In this document: in pieces, positions 12,970-25,025 of the stretch
How positions within the stretch are numbered: position 1 is the stretch's first letter
How the letters are laid out: each line of letters starts with the position of its first letter
Assembly: GCA_965637545.1 (NCBI GenBank)
Contig: OZ281501.1
Span: forward strand, 15,562,001 to 15,626,000
Direction of reading: 5' to 3'
DNA length: 64,000 nucleotides
Source: Phallusia mammillata
Lineage: Eukaryota
Notes under the pieces: model-generated
Told to the model about the DNA's origin: nothing
What the model saw: the letters and a program-made list of their open reading frames with translations, nothing else
The model's database searches: none
Made by a program: the position numbers and the translations under genes

Positions 12970-13463
12970 CAGTGGTTCTCAACCTAGGGTTTGTGGACCC
13001 CCAAGGGATCCGTGAGATGGTTTTAGAGGGTCCATGGAGGCAAACATTCTAAATACCATTACCCAACAGTACAATATTTTGTAAGTTTCAAAACCGTTTT
13101 TACAATCCTGCATACAAGTGCTAACTGTTTATCAAACCTTTGAATTAAGAAAACTTGCTTTTTGTGTGATTGTTACCTCCATTGTGATATCACAACACAC
13201 ATGAACAACAGAACTTATAGTGCCTAAATGTTTCAAGTAGTGTACACCAGAAAATTTATTTCTTTGTTGCATTGACTGGTACAGTACAGAACTTTATTGA
13301 GATTAAGGACTGTGAAGGTTGATTAAAATTCTGCCCCCAAAAGTGAAAGTATAATAACGTATAATGCAGGAAACAAATAACACGACTAAATGACTTTGGG
13401 GGTCCTCGGACCTATAAAATATAAAAAAGGGCTCTGTGACTACAAAAAGGTTGGGAACCATGG
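12970..13463. mobile_element. hAT-type MITE, same family as 11914-12416, opposite orientation
   Basis: CAGTGGTTCTCAACC ... GGTTGGGAACCATGG; TSD CTTTATAG on both sides; interior is the reverse complement of 11914-12416. Confidence 0.85.
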
Positions 13464-15258
13464 CTTTATAGGCTACTTTGTATCCAGATATGATTTTTTC
13501 ATAGTAGTGTTCTCTTAGCTATAACATTATTATTAACATGCTAACCTAAAAAGTATGTTTAAGTGGCTTACATATTTTGTAATTTGTTGAAAAAGCACAT
13601 TGTGCAGAAAGTACAGATACTTGACAGATTCATTTTGATTTATTTTTCAGATCCTCTCCTAATTTTTGGATTTCTTGGTAGACCTTTTGGAACATTTGAG
13701 AAAATAACTGTTTGGCAAATGTAAACAACAAAGCATGAATGAATCAATCCACAACATATTGAAATAAATTATTTAATTCATCATCATCAACTTCTAGAAT
13801 ATCAAGTGTTGTATTGCGGAAACTTTGACAATGAGGATCATGGTAAAACTTTTGCAATACACTAACAAAATCTTGCTTTAACTTTATAGAGCTCTGGCTT
13901 GTTGCCTGGCCAAAAACTTTCAAGTATTTGAGCAACACACTTTGTAAGTAGCAGAAATTATGATGAAGGATAAGAAAGACTGTTGCTCTATTAAAGGAAT
14001 CAACTGGCCATGTGGTTGCATGGTGGAAAACTTGCTAACAATTTTACTTCCATTTGTAAACTTATTTTTTGCCTTAAATAAAACATAACCTCCTAAATAT
14101 GAATATTTAGACTTGAAAGAAAGATTTATGCTCTTTACCTGTTTTGTTTTATGAAACAGTCTCAATGTTCATCTGATCAGATACAAGAATCTTTCTTTTA
14201 TTCTATTGTCTGTGGGAGATTGCTTAACTAACAAAAGTGTTTCAGCTCCTAAATATATGTTTAACTATATGTTGCTTGAGTTTATGGTGGTGGTCATGAT
14301 GTCTGGCAATAGTTGTGACACCTTGAATTCTTTAAAATAACATTTTTGCTTCACAGCACACTTTTGCATATTATACTCTTTAATGAGAAAGGTCTGATCT
14401 TGAAACTTGGTGTAATGACTCCTGTGTTATATGGAAAATCTATCCATTGTCAATTAAAATGAGTTACTTGAGGTAAGAATAAGGTCTATGTTCAAGCGTG
14501 ACTTATCGTCTCTCCTAAGTTCCTGATTGGGGTCAAGGTTGTTAATAATTGGTACATAAAAAAATTATTTGGGAACGTGCAACCAGTTTAGGAAAGTTCC
14601 ATTTCACCAGACTTTAATTTAATCTGCAATGTACTTGATGCACCCTTTAATATTAGGGTAAATGCTAAAATCACAGGCTGAAAAGATTCTTAAACGTGCG
14701 ACTTTGTCTCTCACAAACGACTAAATAGATGTCGATATAATCTTGTAGATGTGCCATCTGTTTTGTTCGGCTTGATAACGCCATTATTTAGCCCCCTAAA
14801 ATGGGTAAAAATAAAAGAACAGTTTGTTCATTGTCCCATTTAAAGGTTTCGTTTGTTGTGTTTCACCATAGTATACTAACATGGTAGTCCAGCTCCTCTT
14901 TTCCTCTCGGTTCTTTTATTATCCTGCGCATTTCGGTTACGCATGACTAACACTGCACGTCGCCTGAAGTTTTGTATGAGGTACGTGGTAAACAGCTAGT
15001 TTTTAAAAGCCGCTGGCGACAAATCCGTGTCTGTTTTGAAGTTTTTTAGTTATTGGGTTTATTGTTTAATGCATGTAGAGCTATTAAAACGATTTTAGCT
15101 TTCAATTGTATGAACTCTTTGAAGTGTATTTTTAAAAACTTATAGACAGGCATCTTCTTGTAGAAATTGCTTTAAAATTGAGGCAATGAACCGAATTGGC
15201 GAGTCAAGGTTTTTCAGCATGTTACTACACTAGCCAACATGGCCTGTGTCTTGTCATC

Positions 15259-15306
15259 AGGTGCACTGATGAGACCTTGTCAAAACAATGAGCAGTATTT
15301 GCAGCT
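15259..15306 (+). ncRNA. Degenerate type I hammerhead ribozyme
   Basis: AGGTGCA CTGATGA GAC-CTT-GTC AAAA CAATGAGCAGTA TT TGCAGCT; G12>A. Confidence 0.7.
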
Positions 15307-16450
15307 TACTTATCATCTATCTATTGGCTTATTAATCATATTGCCATCACTTTGGTTCCCCAGCAGTTGCTTAATTAGGCATTAAAAATCAGTTGTTTTC
15401 TGTGGTTTATACCCATTTGTGGTATTGAACAGATTTTGGTGAGGCAACATCACCTTCCAAATACTCTAAACTCTATGTTACTTATCACAGCATTTAACTG
15501 TTTTATTGTTTATGATGTCTAGCAATTGTTTTTGTACCTTGAATTTTTTTCAAATAAACTTTTTGCTTCACAGCACTCTTTTGCTTAGTTTCTCATCTAA
15601 TCAGTTCTTTTATGAAAAATCTGCCGCTTGTTGACAGTTTGAAATGAGTAACTTTGGAAAAAATATGGTCTTCGTTTAAGCTTGACTTTTCGTCTGTTCG
15701 AATCGAGTTCCTGGTCGGGTTCAAAGTTGTTAAATATCAGTTGATTAAAAATGCAGTCAGTTTGGCAAAGTTCAATTTTCACCAGACTTTAACTTAATCA
15801 GTAACAAGCTTTATGCACCCTTGAATATGTTAGGTAAAACCACGCTAAAATCACTTCAACGCGTTTAAAGAAGGACTAAAAGGCAAAAAAACTCAGTAAA
15901 TTCTCCCCAACAGCACAATTCCAACCAAACGTAATAATATTACAAATGGTAGATGCATAAAACCGACCACGCACGCTCAGTTTTGTCATTTTCCTGCTCT
16001 GAAAGCACCCAACTCAATGCAAGCATCCGACAAGCGTGCAGAGTTAATCAAGCGTGACGGTAACAATAGCTGGACTAGTCCAGCTCCTCTTTTCCTCTCG
16101 TTTCTTTTATTATCCTGCGCATTTCGGTTACGCATGAATAACACTGCACGTCGCCTGAAGTTTTGTATGAGGTACATGGTAAACAGCTAGTTTTGAAAAG
16201 CCGCTGGCGACAAATCTGTGTCTGTTTTAAAGTTTTTTAGTTATTGGGTTTATTGTTTAATGTATGTAGAGCTATTAAAACGTTTTTAGCTTTCAATTGT
16301 ATGAACTCTTTAAAGTATATTTTTAAAAACTTATAGACAGGCATCTTTTTTGTAAGAATTGCTTTAAAATTGCGGCAATGAACCGAATTGGCGAGGCAAG
16401 GTTTTTCAGCATGTTACTACACTAGCCAACATGTCCTATGTCTTATCATC

Positions 16451-16502
16451 ATGTGCGCTGATGAGACCTTACAAGTCAAAACAGTGAGCAGTATTTGCAG
16501 CT
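16451..16502 (+). ncRNA. Degenerate type I hammerhead ribozyme
   Basis: ATGTGCG CTGATGA GACCTTACAAGTC AAAA CAGTGAGCAGTA TT TGCAGCT; G12>A. Confidence 0.7.
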
Positions 16503-16720
16503 TACTTATCATCTATCTATTGGCTTATTAATCATATTGTCATCACTTTGGTTCCCCAGCAGTTGCTTAGGCATTAAAAATCAGTTTTTTTTCTGTGGTT
16601 TATACCCATTTGTGGTATTGAACAGATTTGGTGAGGAATTAATGTTCTGCCTGTTACTTCCAACAAACTGGAGGGCCATCAGATGGCTACACTAACCAAT
16701 ATGGCATATGTCTTTTAATC

Positions 16721-16778
16721 AGCTGTACTGATGAGACCTTATAGGTCGAAACAGTGTGCACTGTTTACTTCTACAGCT
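16721..16778 (+). ncRNA. Type I hammerhead ribozyme with intact catalytic core
   Basis: AGCTGTA (stem I) CTGATGA, GACCT-TAT-AGGTC (stem II), GAAA, ACAGT-GTGC-ACTGT (stem III), GUU triplet, then TACTTCTACAGCT (stem I with a 6-nt insertion). The core lies 270 nt from the previous copy. Confidence 0.85.
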
Positions 16779-18055
16779 TCTGTTTTCAAAATCCTATAAT
16801 TAGTAAATCACTTGGCTTTATACTGCACTCGGATACGATTTTCATAGTAGCCTACTGTTAGCTATAACATTATTATTAAAAAGCTAACATAAAGTAGTTT
16901 CATATTTTGTAATTTGAAAAAAGAAGCACATTTGTGCAGAAAGTACAGGCACTTTTGACAGTCATTTTGATTTATTTTTCAGAGCTCCTCTTTTAGACCT
17001 TTGGAACATTTTAGAAAAGAGCTTTTTGGCAAACGTGAACGACAAGACATGAATAAATAAATCCACGAATATTAAAACCTATTGGGTACTTTCTCTTTAT
17101 CCATATCAACTTTCAGAATATCACATGTCCTATTTTGGAAACTTTCATAATGAGGATCATAGAAAACTTTTGCAATACACAAAAAAAGTCTAGCTTGTTG
17201 GTTGGCTAAAAAACTTTCTCTCATTTCAGGTACACACTTTGAGAAAGTTGAAGTAACTCTAATGAAGGATAAGTGAGACTTCCAGGCCCTTGCTCCATAA
17301 AAGAAACCAGCTGGCCCTGCGATTGCATGGTGGACAACTTGCTAACAATTTTACTTACTTTTGCAAAATTGTTTTTTGCCTTGAACAAAACATCACCTTC
17401 CAAATACTTTAAACTCCATGTTACTTATCACAGTATTTGACTGTTTTTCTGCACCACTTTATTAGTTGTTTATGATGTCTAGAAATTGTTTTTGTACCTT
17501 GATTTTTTTTCAAATAAACTTTTTGCTTCACATCACTCTTTTGCATGGTTTCTCATCTAATCAGTTCTTTTAGGAAAAATCTACCTCTTGTTGACAGTTT
17601 AAAATGAGTAACTTTGGAAAAAATATGGTCTTCGTTTAAGCTTGACTTTCCGTCTGTCCGGATCGAGTTCCTGGTCGGGGTCAAAGTCGTTAAACATCAG
17701 TTTATTAAAAATGCAGTCAGTTTGGAAAAGTTCCATTTTCACCAGACTTTAGTTTGATCCGTAACAAGCTTTATGCACCCTTGAATATGTTAGGTAAAAC
17801 CACGCTAAAATCACTTCAACGCGGTTAAAGAAGGACTAAAAGGCAAAAAAACTCAGTAAATTCCCTCCAACAGCATAATTCCAACCAAACGTAGTAATAT
17901 TACACATGGTAGATGCATACAACCGACCACACACGCACAGTTTTGTCATTTTCCTGCTCTTAAGGCACCCAACTCAATGCAAGCATCCGACAAGCGTGCA
18001 GAGTTAATCAAGCGTGACGGTAACAATAGCTGGACTACCATGTTAGTATACTATG

Positions 18056-18310
18056 GTTTCACCCTGTAGCCCCGATATTTATCCCACTATCCCCCTAAAA
18101 GGGGTGAAATTTTAAAGAATGTCCCATTTGGATGAAATTTAGACAGGTCGTCATTGTCCCATTTTGAGGTTCGGTTTGATGTGTTACACCCTGTAGCCCC
18201 AATATTTATCCCACTATAGTCCCCTCAAATGGGTGAAATTTTAAACGATGTCTGATTTTAATGAAATTTGGACAGGTTGTTCATTGTCCCATTTTTAGGT
18301 TTCGTTTGTT
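18056..18310. repeat. ~127-bp tandem repeat; its left part (14790-14866) is separated by the P-like insertion
   Basis: CACCCTGTAGCCCC..ATTTATCCCACTAT at 18060 and 18187; TTCATTGTCCCATTT..GGTTTCGTTTGTTGTGTT at 14827 and 18281. Confidence 0.8.
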
Positions 18311-18395
18311 GTGTTTTACTCGACGTTTTAGTAAAATGACGTTTTGAGAGTTTGTAAATTATGCTTTTTTAAAATGGCAGTGTTTCACACTATGT

Positions 18396-18614
18396 TAGGG
18401 TTGCCATACGTCAGGATTTCCCCTGACATGTCAGGAGAAGCCTACGCAGAAAGTTAATTGACAAGGATCAAAGTATCGTATCTAACGTTTCTCGGGTGAC
18501 TTTCGAATATTCTAAATTTATTCCAAAAGGTTTTGATCGCAAAAAAGGTTAACGCAACTGAGTTGATGAGTTAAATTTGTCAGGGATTGTTTATTATCAA
18601 ATATGGCAACCCTA
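18396..18614. mobile_element. hAT-type MITE
   Basis: TIR TAGGGTTGCCATA / TATGGCAACCCTA; TSD CACTATGT / CCCTATGT. Confidence 0.85.
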
Positions 18615-19197
18615 CCCTATGTAGGCCTACAAACTTAAAACAATGTCATTGCATAAAGTTTAGTTCCTACTTTTGAAACATGATTGATTAAGGTACAATA
18701 CCTCTCACTGTTTTAGACTTGGTTATTTGTTTACTACTTTACAACATTACCGTTCTGGGGACCCATAAGTTTTTGCCTGCAGAAACAAATAATGAAAGGT
18801 TATAAAAAACGTTGATCATTATTAAACCCACTGTAAAAAAGCATAGGAAATATATTACCATTGCAAAATAGATTGTAGTCTATGCTATAGCAAAATGTGC
18901 TAATTATCTAGTTTTTGCTTGACACCCGTGTAGCGACACCTGGCCCGATGACGACTTGTTAAAGGCGGCCGGAAATTGTTTGGTAAGTCTGATCTTTGCA
19001 TCTCAACAACAGCTGACTGATTAACACCCGTATGTTCCATACTTGTAGTTGTTATGGCTCAAAGTTTTCATTTGCACAAATCATTTGCAAAAGTTTGTTA
19101 ACTCTTGCTTAAAACTGGGCCAATGAATATTTTACCATAATCAACTTTTATCATAGACATGGCTCTAAATTACACAGCTTCTAGACACACATAAATG

Positions 19198-19371
19198 CAG
19201 TGGTGGGATTCAGTCGGTTCGCACCGGTTCTATAGAACCGTCTCACGAAATTTTATGAGATCAGCGAACCGGTTAGCATTACTGGTTACTGTCAATGGAC
19301 TTTTTGTAACAGAACCGGCTGAAAAATATGACTTTTGTGATGGCTGACAAAAAATTTGAATCCCACCACTG
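19198..19371. mobile_element. hAT-type MITE
   Basis: 15-bp TIR CAGTGGTGGGATTCA / TGAATCCCACCACTG; perfect TSD CATAAATG. Confidence 0.9.
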
Positions 19372-20204
19372 CATAAATGCAACTTTAAAGTAAAAGATAT
19401 TGTGATGAAAAAAATATGCACGTTTGCTCGACCCGGCCCCGAAAGATGGTGACAAAATACACCTAATCACAAGAGAAAAAGTTGTGCGTAAATTAAATAG
19501 GCCCAAATCGATGCGTTTACCGCTGGGTGATAACAGGGAGTGGTCATCTCAAAGCAGTGCGGCTTCAATCTCTTGTATTCGCTTGCTATCTAAATAGAAC
19601 ACATTACGAGTAAAATTTTTGCTATGAGAACTACTACTCCTCGCAGAATTTATGGTTTAGCACACCATTTCATGCTGATTTCATGAAAGGGAGAAAAATC
19701 ACATGAAACTCCTGCCCACGACGCAAAATTTAATAACTTACAATTTACAAAGTTTGAGTAACAATTCGAAGACAATTTGTGGCAGAGTTCGATCGGAAAT
19801 TTTTTTTCCTGCATTAATTTGAAATACTAAATGTAGCAAATTGGACTTCGACACATGTAACATGTTTTGAGTTAAACGACTCTTTGTTGGAAGTCTATGT
19901 TTTAATTAATAGGTTTTTAAGTTCGTTTTCCTGTCTGTTTCGACATCACAAATAGTAAAACTCAAAGCACAGCAATTATAAACAATACAAAATTGCTCCG
20001 TTTTTTCCCATAAAGGGGGAAGCAGTTTGAAGAAGTTTTGCCAACGTGGCAAAATTTGCTCCATCTGCTTGTTATAACGCAGTTAGTTACAACAAAAGTT
20101 TTCAAAACCTGTAAGCTAGATTGTAAATGCATTAGTCAACTTATACTGTGACTAACTGGAAAACAATTTTTGTGGTTAATATCAGCACAGTATCCTTTAA
20201 ATAA

Positions 20205-21611
20205 ATGGATTCCAATCAGAATGATATTCATTTGATTCAAGACAACACCGAAGATTCACATCCAAGCAACGGTATAGAAATAGTCAAAGCTTCCCCGGAA
20301 AGGTGGCTAGTCGCTAGCGTTTATACTGTAATCACTTTGTTTCGTAGTTTCAACCAATCAGCGTTAGCTACGATCAATGACGTCATGGCACAATACTTTG
20401 ACGTGATGCCCTGGCAAATTGATTGGATGTTCAATGCTGCTGCTTTATCATTTGCTGTGTCAAGCATGCCTGTGTTATTCGTACTGAGAAGATTTGGTGT
20501 CAAAATGTCTCTAGTTTCAGGGATCATATGTTCTGCTGTAGGTGTTTCCCTCACCTGCATTGCTTTGATTACTCGAAAAGGATATATTTTGTGTCTCATG
20601 GGGCAAATGTCATTTGGTATTTCCATAGTCGTTTTGACACCCCTGAGAAGCTCAATTGGTGCAGTGTGGTTTCCTGCCAACGAAATTGCCTATGCTCTTG
20701 GATTTATGTTCGTAGGTCGGACTCTTGGTGAAGCTACTGGTGGTGTAATCACTTCTCACTTGGTTTCAATTAGTGATAGTCCATCAACGGTCCGAATACG
20801 TTTGTTAGCTGTCTTTAGTTCATTGACTGTGATCATATGGATCATCCTAATTTTGGTTGTGGTATTCTTGAAACAACAGCCAAAGCATCCTCCAAGTGTC
20901 GCTCAGGCCAAAGTGTTGCAGCTAAAGGAAATGGAACAAAGCAGCAGCTTCAGAGAGGATCTTGTGAAATTTAAAAACGTGCAAGTTAAACTTCTTACAG
21001 ATGTAAATTTTCTGACAGTTTTGCCCGTTTGTTTTATAATGGGAACATTTAAGCGGTTTACCACTGTTCTTCTTACTTCAATCTTGCACCGAGGTTTTTT
21101 CCAGAGAAAGAATTTAAACCGAGATGGCGGCTACATGATCATGGGCTTATGGATTTTGTTTGTTGCTGGTGGATTTTTAGCGGGACCTTTGCTCAGCAAA
21201 ACTAGGCGATACAAAGCAGTTGCTGTAGTATCACTTGGATTGACAAATTTGTTCTGGGTTCTTACCTTAATTGGGATCAAAGTTTCATCAATTGCAGTAG
21301 TTTACATTAGTCTTTATATGTTGGGATTTGTTAATGGTTCTGCTGTTGTGAGTATTATAGAACTTTTGGTTGAAGTTACCTATCCCACCAATATTCAGGA
21401 GATTTATGTTATCTTGCTGCTTGGAATGGGAACAGTTTTGGTAATTGAGAACTTTGCAGTCAGATTGTTATTGGACAGGTTCGGCCCTGAAGTATCTCTA
21501 GTTTTTCCCCTTATACTACTATTGATTTCCACAATTTTGCTTGTGATAAAAAAGCTGCCATTTTACCGACAGGAAGCAGAAGATTCAACGCAACAGCCAC
21601 TTCTGCGGTAA
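20205..21611 (+). CDS. Intronless SLC49/FLVCR-like MFS transporter, subfamily A copy 1 (468 aa)
   Basis: About 12 hydrophobic segments; ERW, WQIDW, AVWFPANEI, PKHPPSVAQA and EVTYP motifs typical of the FLVCR/SLC49 family. Confidence 0.9.
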   Translation: MDSNQNDIHLIQDNTEDSHPSNGIEIVKASPERWLVASVYTVITLFRSFNQSALATINDVMAQYFDVMPWQIDWMFNAAALSFAVSSMPVLFVLRRFGVKMSLVSGIICSAVGVSLTCIALITRKGYILCLMGQMSFGISIVVLTPLRSSIGAVWFPANEIAYALGFMFVGRTLGEATGGVITSHLVSISDSPSTVRIRLLAVFSSLTVIIWIILILVVVFLKQQPKHPPSVAQAKVLQLKEMEQSSSFREDLVKFKNVQVKLLTDVNFLTVLPVCFIMGTFKRFTTVLLTSILHRGFFQRKNLNRDGGYMIMGLWILFVAGGFLAGPLLSKTRRYKAVAVVSLGLTNLFWVLTLIGIKVSSIAVVYISLYMLGFVNGSAVVSIIELLVEVTYPTNIQEIYVILLLGMGTVLVIENFAVRLLLDRFGPEVSLVFPLILLLISTILLVIKKLPFYRQEAEDSTQQPLLR

Positions 21612-21871
21612 ACATGTATAGGTGTGTGACTAAACATATTTTCCCTCCGTGTTACGTTAAAAAAATTCATTTAAACTTTCAACCACCACAGTATAAAAAT
21701 GTGTTATTTGAGTTGTAATTAACACTCTATTTGTAGGAAACCAAAATAGTTAAAGTTCGTACAGTTTGTTGACTTTTTCACATGACTAAACGTAAACAAC
21801 CACAGCAACGTGCCTCTTACAAAGATTTTGTGGCAAAACTGAACAAAACATTGAGAAGTGATCAGATAGAG

Positions 21872-22944
21872 CAGCGGTTCCCAACCTTTCTGGTGCCGCG
21901 ACCCCTTAAAACAGTTCCCAAGTTGCGGTGACCCCACGCATAGGCGCCGAGTTTTACAGAAATGCAAGGTGGTGGATTTAAATTATGACGTCACTAATGC
22001 GTGCAGCCAAACGATCTCCAACTCAAAGCCCAATATACTTTTAATAAAAAGCAAAGTTCGTCAATTTTAACAAAAAAATGTTTTTAAAATAATATTGATT
22101 TGGAACAATTCGTTTTAACGTTTTTTTGGTTTAGCAATGTTTAGAAACAGTTTCGTCAAGTCGTTGCTTTTGTATCACCCAAAGTGACCATTTATTACAG
22201 AACAATCGCATTGTACACCATTGTGGCCAATCATTCACTTCCAACAATTGTGTGTTTGACGTCATACAAGTAAGGCACCAACCAAACTAGTTGCTTTTTC
22301 GTCAGCACGCTTGTTCAAAAGCAAAACTGTTCCCAAATTTGTTCAGATTTTACGGTGTTTCGTAAGATACCGATACAAACAAACCCAAATATCCACGGTG
22401 TCCCCCACCACCCAGCCACCGCCTATACGGCGCCTATGACCCCAGAGATAAAATCAGTAGGCTATATTAAAATTGACTTCTAAATACCGCAAAATTTATT
22501 TCTCACTATACTTTCTTTTCATAATACTTGTCTTTCGATGCATCATTAACAGCCTGAAATTTTACAAATTAAATTTTAGTTCTGTTGACTATTAAGTTAT
22601 AATCGGAGGATAGTGATATTATCGCGAGAATACAAAACAAGTTGGCAGGTTCTGACTTGATGATTATGTGAATGCAGTATTATTACGTAATACAAGGCAA
22701 TAATTAGCATTTTGTGAAAACAATTAAGTATTCGAAAATTAAAGATCCACCCCAGATGTAGTTACTAGTTTACATACTTTAACAAACAATGAAGCGAAGG
22801 AATGTGGTGCCCAGTTCTTTTGTTTTTTATTTGTTAAATTAGTCTATGGCCTAAAATGAGTTGGGAGCCATTCCCTTAGGCGACCCCAGGCAAATTGTCA
22901 GGCGACCCCAGTTGGGATCGCGACCCACAGGTTGGGAACTGCTG
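21872..22944. mobile_element. hAT-type MITE with a nested CATAGGCGCCG element (21939-22438)
   Basis: CAGCGGTTCCCAACC / GGTTGGGAACTGCTG with perfect TSD AGATAGAG; inner TIR CATAGGCGCCG / CGGCGCCTATG with a 6/8 TSD; absent from the paralogous flank at ~27330. Confidence 0.9.
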
Positions 22945-23984
22945 AGATAGAGCAAGTATCAATATTAAACTGTTGAATGTGCAATGCCAACCACCACCTG
23001 CGGTCATGTTTTATTGCGACAAACAACGCACAACTTTTTGGAAATACTTAAGCCTAGGCATTACGGTTGGAAGACGAACTCAATTAATTGACTTCTTGCT
23101 GCTATTGATGCGAAAACAGCGACGTTAGTCTTTTTTGCAAGTTTGCGAAGGGAGAAATTTGACAACGTGGCAAAAAATAATGAAGCTGCTAAGATTTAAA
23201 GGAATAGGCAGTTCTGCACTGGAAAATGCTGGCCATCAGTTTATACGTGGACTTTTTTGTACATCTTTGCATAGCGACCATCATACCACATAAATCTTCA
23301 CAATTGAACTAGTGTTCCTAATTTTCGTTTCAGAACTTAGTTTGCATCACTAAATTCTTCAGTAGTTCAAAGTCATTCACAACTAGGTTCTAGGGTAATA
23401 AACTTATTTATCTGTGGTCTAAAATAGTTTATGACCACAGAACCCGTTTGGACAAGCTGTGGTACGTTCTAGGTTTGCTTTTCAGCCATTATTGTGTTCA
23501 ATTCATGTTTTTGTTAATCCATGAAGAACACCCTTTGCCTAAGGCTTAATTTGCCTGGTTAAAGTTTTCATTATTATCTGTGCGTCTACACACTTCGCTC
23601 ATTATAACTATGCGTAGAGCAGATGTTTCCGATTTACTTTTGGTTGAAAGCGTTTCTATCGCGTTTTTCATAACCAAGCAAAACATTTCCGCAGATTGTC
23701 TTCATTAATGCTGGTAAGAACACAACACTGAGTATAATTCGTTTGGTGTTCAAATTTTTTTGTAGTTTGAAAGGTTCTTAAGGTTTCTACACGCCTTTTA
23801 GTGCGGTTAATGTCTGCAATCTGTCATTCTGTTTGATGGCGTCTACTTTTAGACTCGATATCTTTAAAATATTTCGTGCATACCCTATATTTTAGTACAT
23901 TCATCAACCTTTGTATTTGAAATGATTGTAGGAAATAAAAATCAAATCTTTTCGAACAAATCGGCGGTAATGGGAGCCAGTTCG

Positions 23985-24090
23985 TCACTCGTTTTCACTG
24001 GTGCTGTCAGATAACAGGCGTTCTTCTTCTTGACGATAGAATGGCATCTTTATAAAGGGCATGAAACATGTAGGTAGCAGCATGGAAAAC
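23985..24090 (-). pseudogene. 3' tip of a subfamily C MFS gene
   Basis: Matches 28404-28510 (LLPTCFMPFIKMPFYRQEEER..*). Confidence 0.7.
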
Positions 24091-24317
24091 AGGGTTTAGG
24101 TGGTATGAAGCGATAAAAGTTTTCGGATGGTACTCGATAAGTCCAAGGTTGAGAACCACTGCAACTAAAAACTAATTAAACTAATTTTGATTTGGTTGGA
24201 ATTGCAGAAGCTGCTTAGTTTAAAAGAACATTAAAATAATCTAAATGAGATCCAATCAGGTCAGAGTCATTTCTTTAAAGAAAGTGCGAAAGATACGACT
24301 TTGAATAATGCGTAGAT

Positions 24318-25025
24318 CAGTGGTTCCCAACCGGGGTTCCGCGGAACCCTAGGGTTCCGTACAACCCTTTCAGGGGTTCCGTGAACTTTGAGGGTTGCAC
24401 GGGGGTTCGCACCGATTTGGTGTAGCAATTCAAACACTTCATAATATTATTGTATCGAACAGCAATGATTCATAATATGCTCGCCTATACCTTACAGCAG
24501 TAGTTCTCAAACTGTGCGTCGCGACGCCCTGGTGCGTCGTTTAAATTTTCCAGAGGCGTCGCAAAATAGTTCCGTTTCATGACTTTTTGTTGATGCATCA
24601 ATAAACACAACTTTATTAACAAGTTTCCTCATTAACTTTTATTTCCTGGTGCGTCGCAAGTCCAGAAAACTTTTCCAGAGGCGTCGCAACAAAAAAAGTT
24701 TGAGAACCACTGCCTTGTAGTTAAGCTTTGTTACACCATTGATCAATTGTGACGTAATAAAAACAACCTTGTTACACTCTAGCTAAATTGCTAGATAAAT
24801 GTAGAAACGACCGATCCAAATAACATGGCAATGCGTTTCAGTGAATCGTTTAATTGAAGTCAACCTTTATGATGTGCTTGGGATGTGTTAAGCAAATATG
24901 CATCTTTTTTTCTTTGATGTAGCCTTCTTGTATTACATTCATTACAATTATTTCATGGGGGGTTCCGCAAAGTTTGACAAAATACCTTAAGGGTCCCGTG
25001 CTACTAAAAAGGTTGAAGAGCACTG
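24318..25025. mobile_element. hAT-type MITE with a nested MITE (24498-24712)
   Basis: Outer CAGTGGTTCCCAACC / GGTTGAAGAGCACTG with TSD GCGTAGAT / GCGTAGAC; inner CAGTAGTTCTCAAAC / GTTTGAGAACCACTG with TSD CCTTACAG / CCTTGTAG. Confidence 0.8.

Larger units (their letters stand above)
11855..14690 (-). mobile_element. Older, diverged copy of the P-like element (transposase C-terminal relic plus HHR repeats), interrupted by two MITEs
   Basis: Colinear with 15020-17830 (AATCCGTGTCT, HHR monomers, CACCAGACTTTAA..ATGCACCC). Minus-strand relic YLGGYVLFKAKNKF..STMQPHGQLIPLIEQ at ~13740-14165. Termini not resolved. Confidence 0.6.
14867..18055 (-). mobile_element. P-element-like DNA transposon, head-to-tail dimer of two deletion derivatives (14867-16076, 16077-18055), carrying HHR repeats
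   Basis: Perfect 28-bp TIR CATAGTATACTAACATGGTAGTCCAGCT (14867-14894 / 18028-18055) and 7-bp TSD GTTTCAC (14860-14866 / 18056-18062). Minus-strand relics resemble a THAP domain (CVVGC; F.DFD..RRKVKLKRRPYFF) and a P-transposase C-terminus (VLFKAK..GSLTYPSLELL). Superfamily is assigned from remembered motifs, not a search. Confidence 0.75.
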
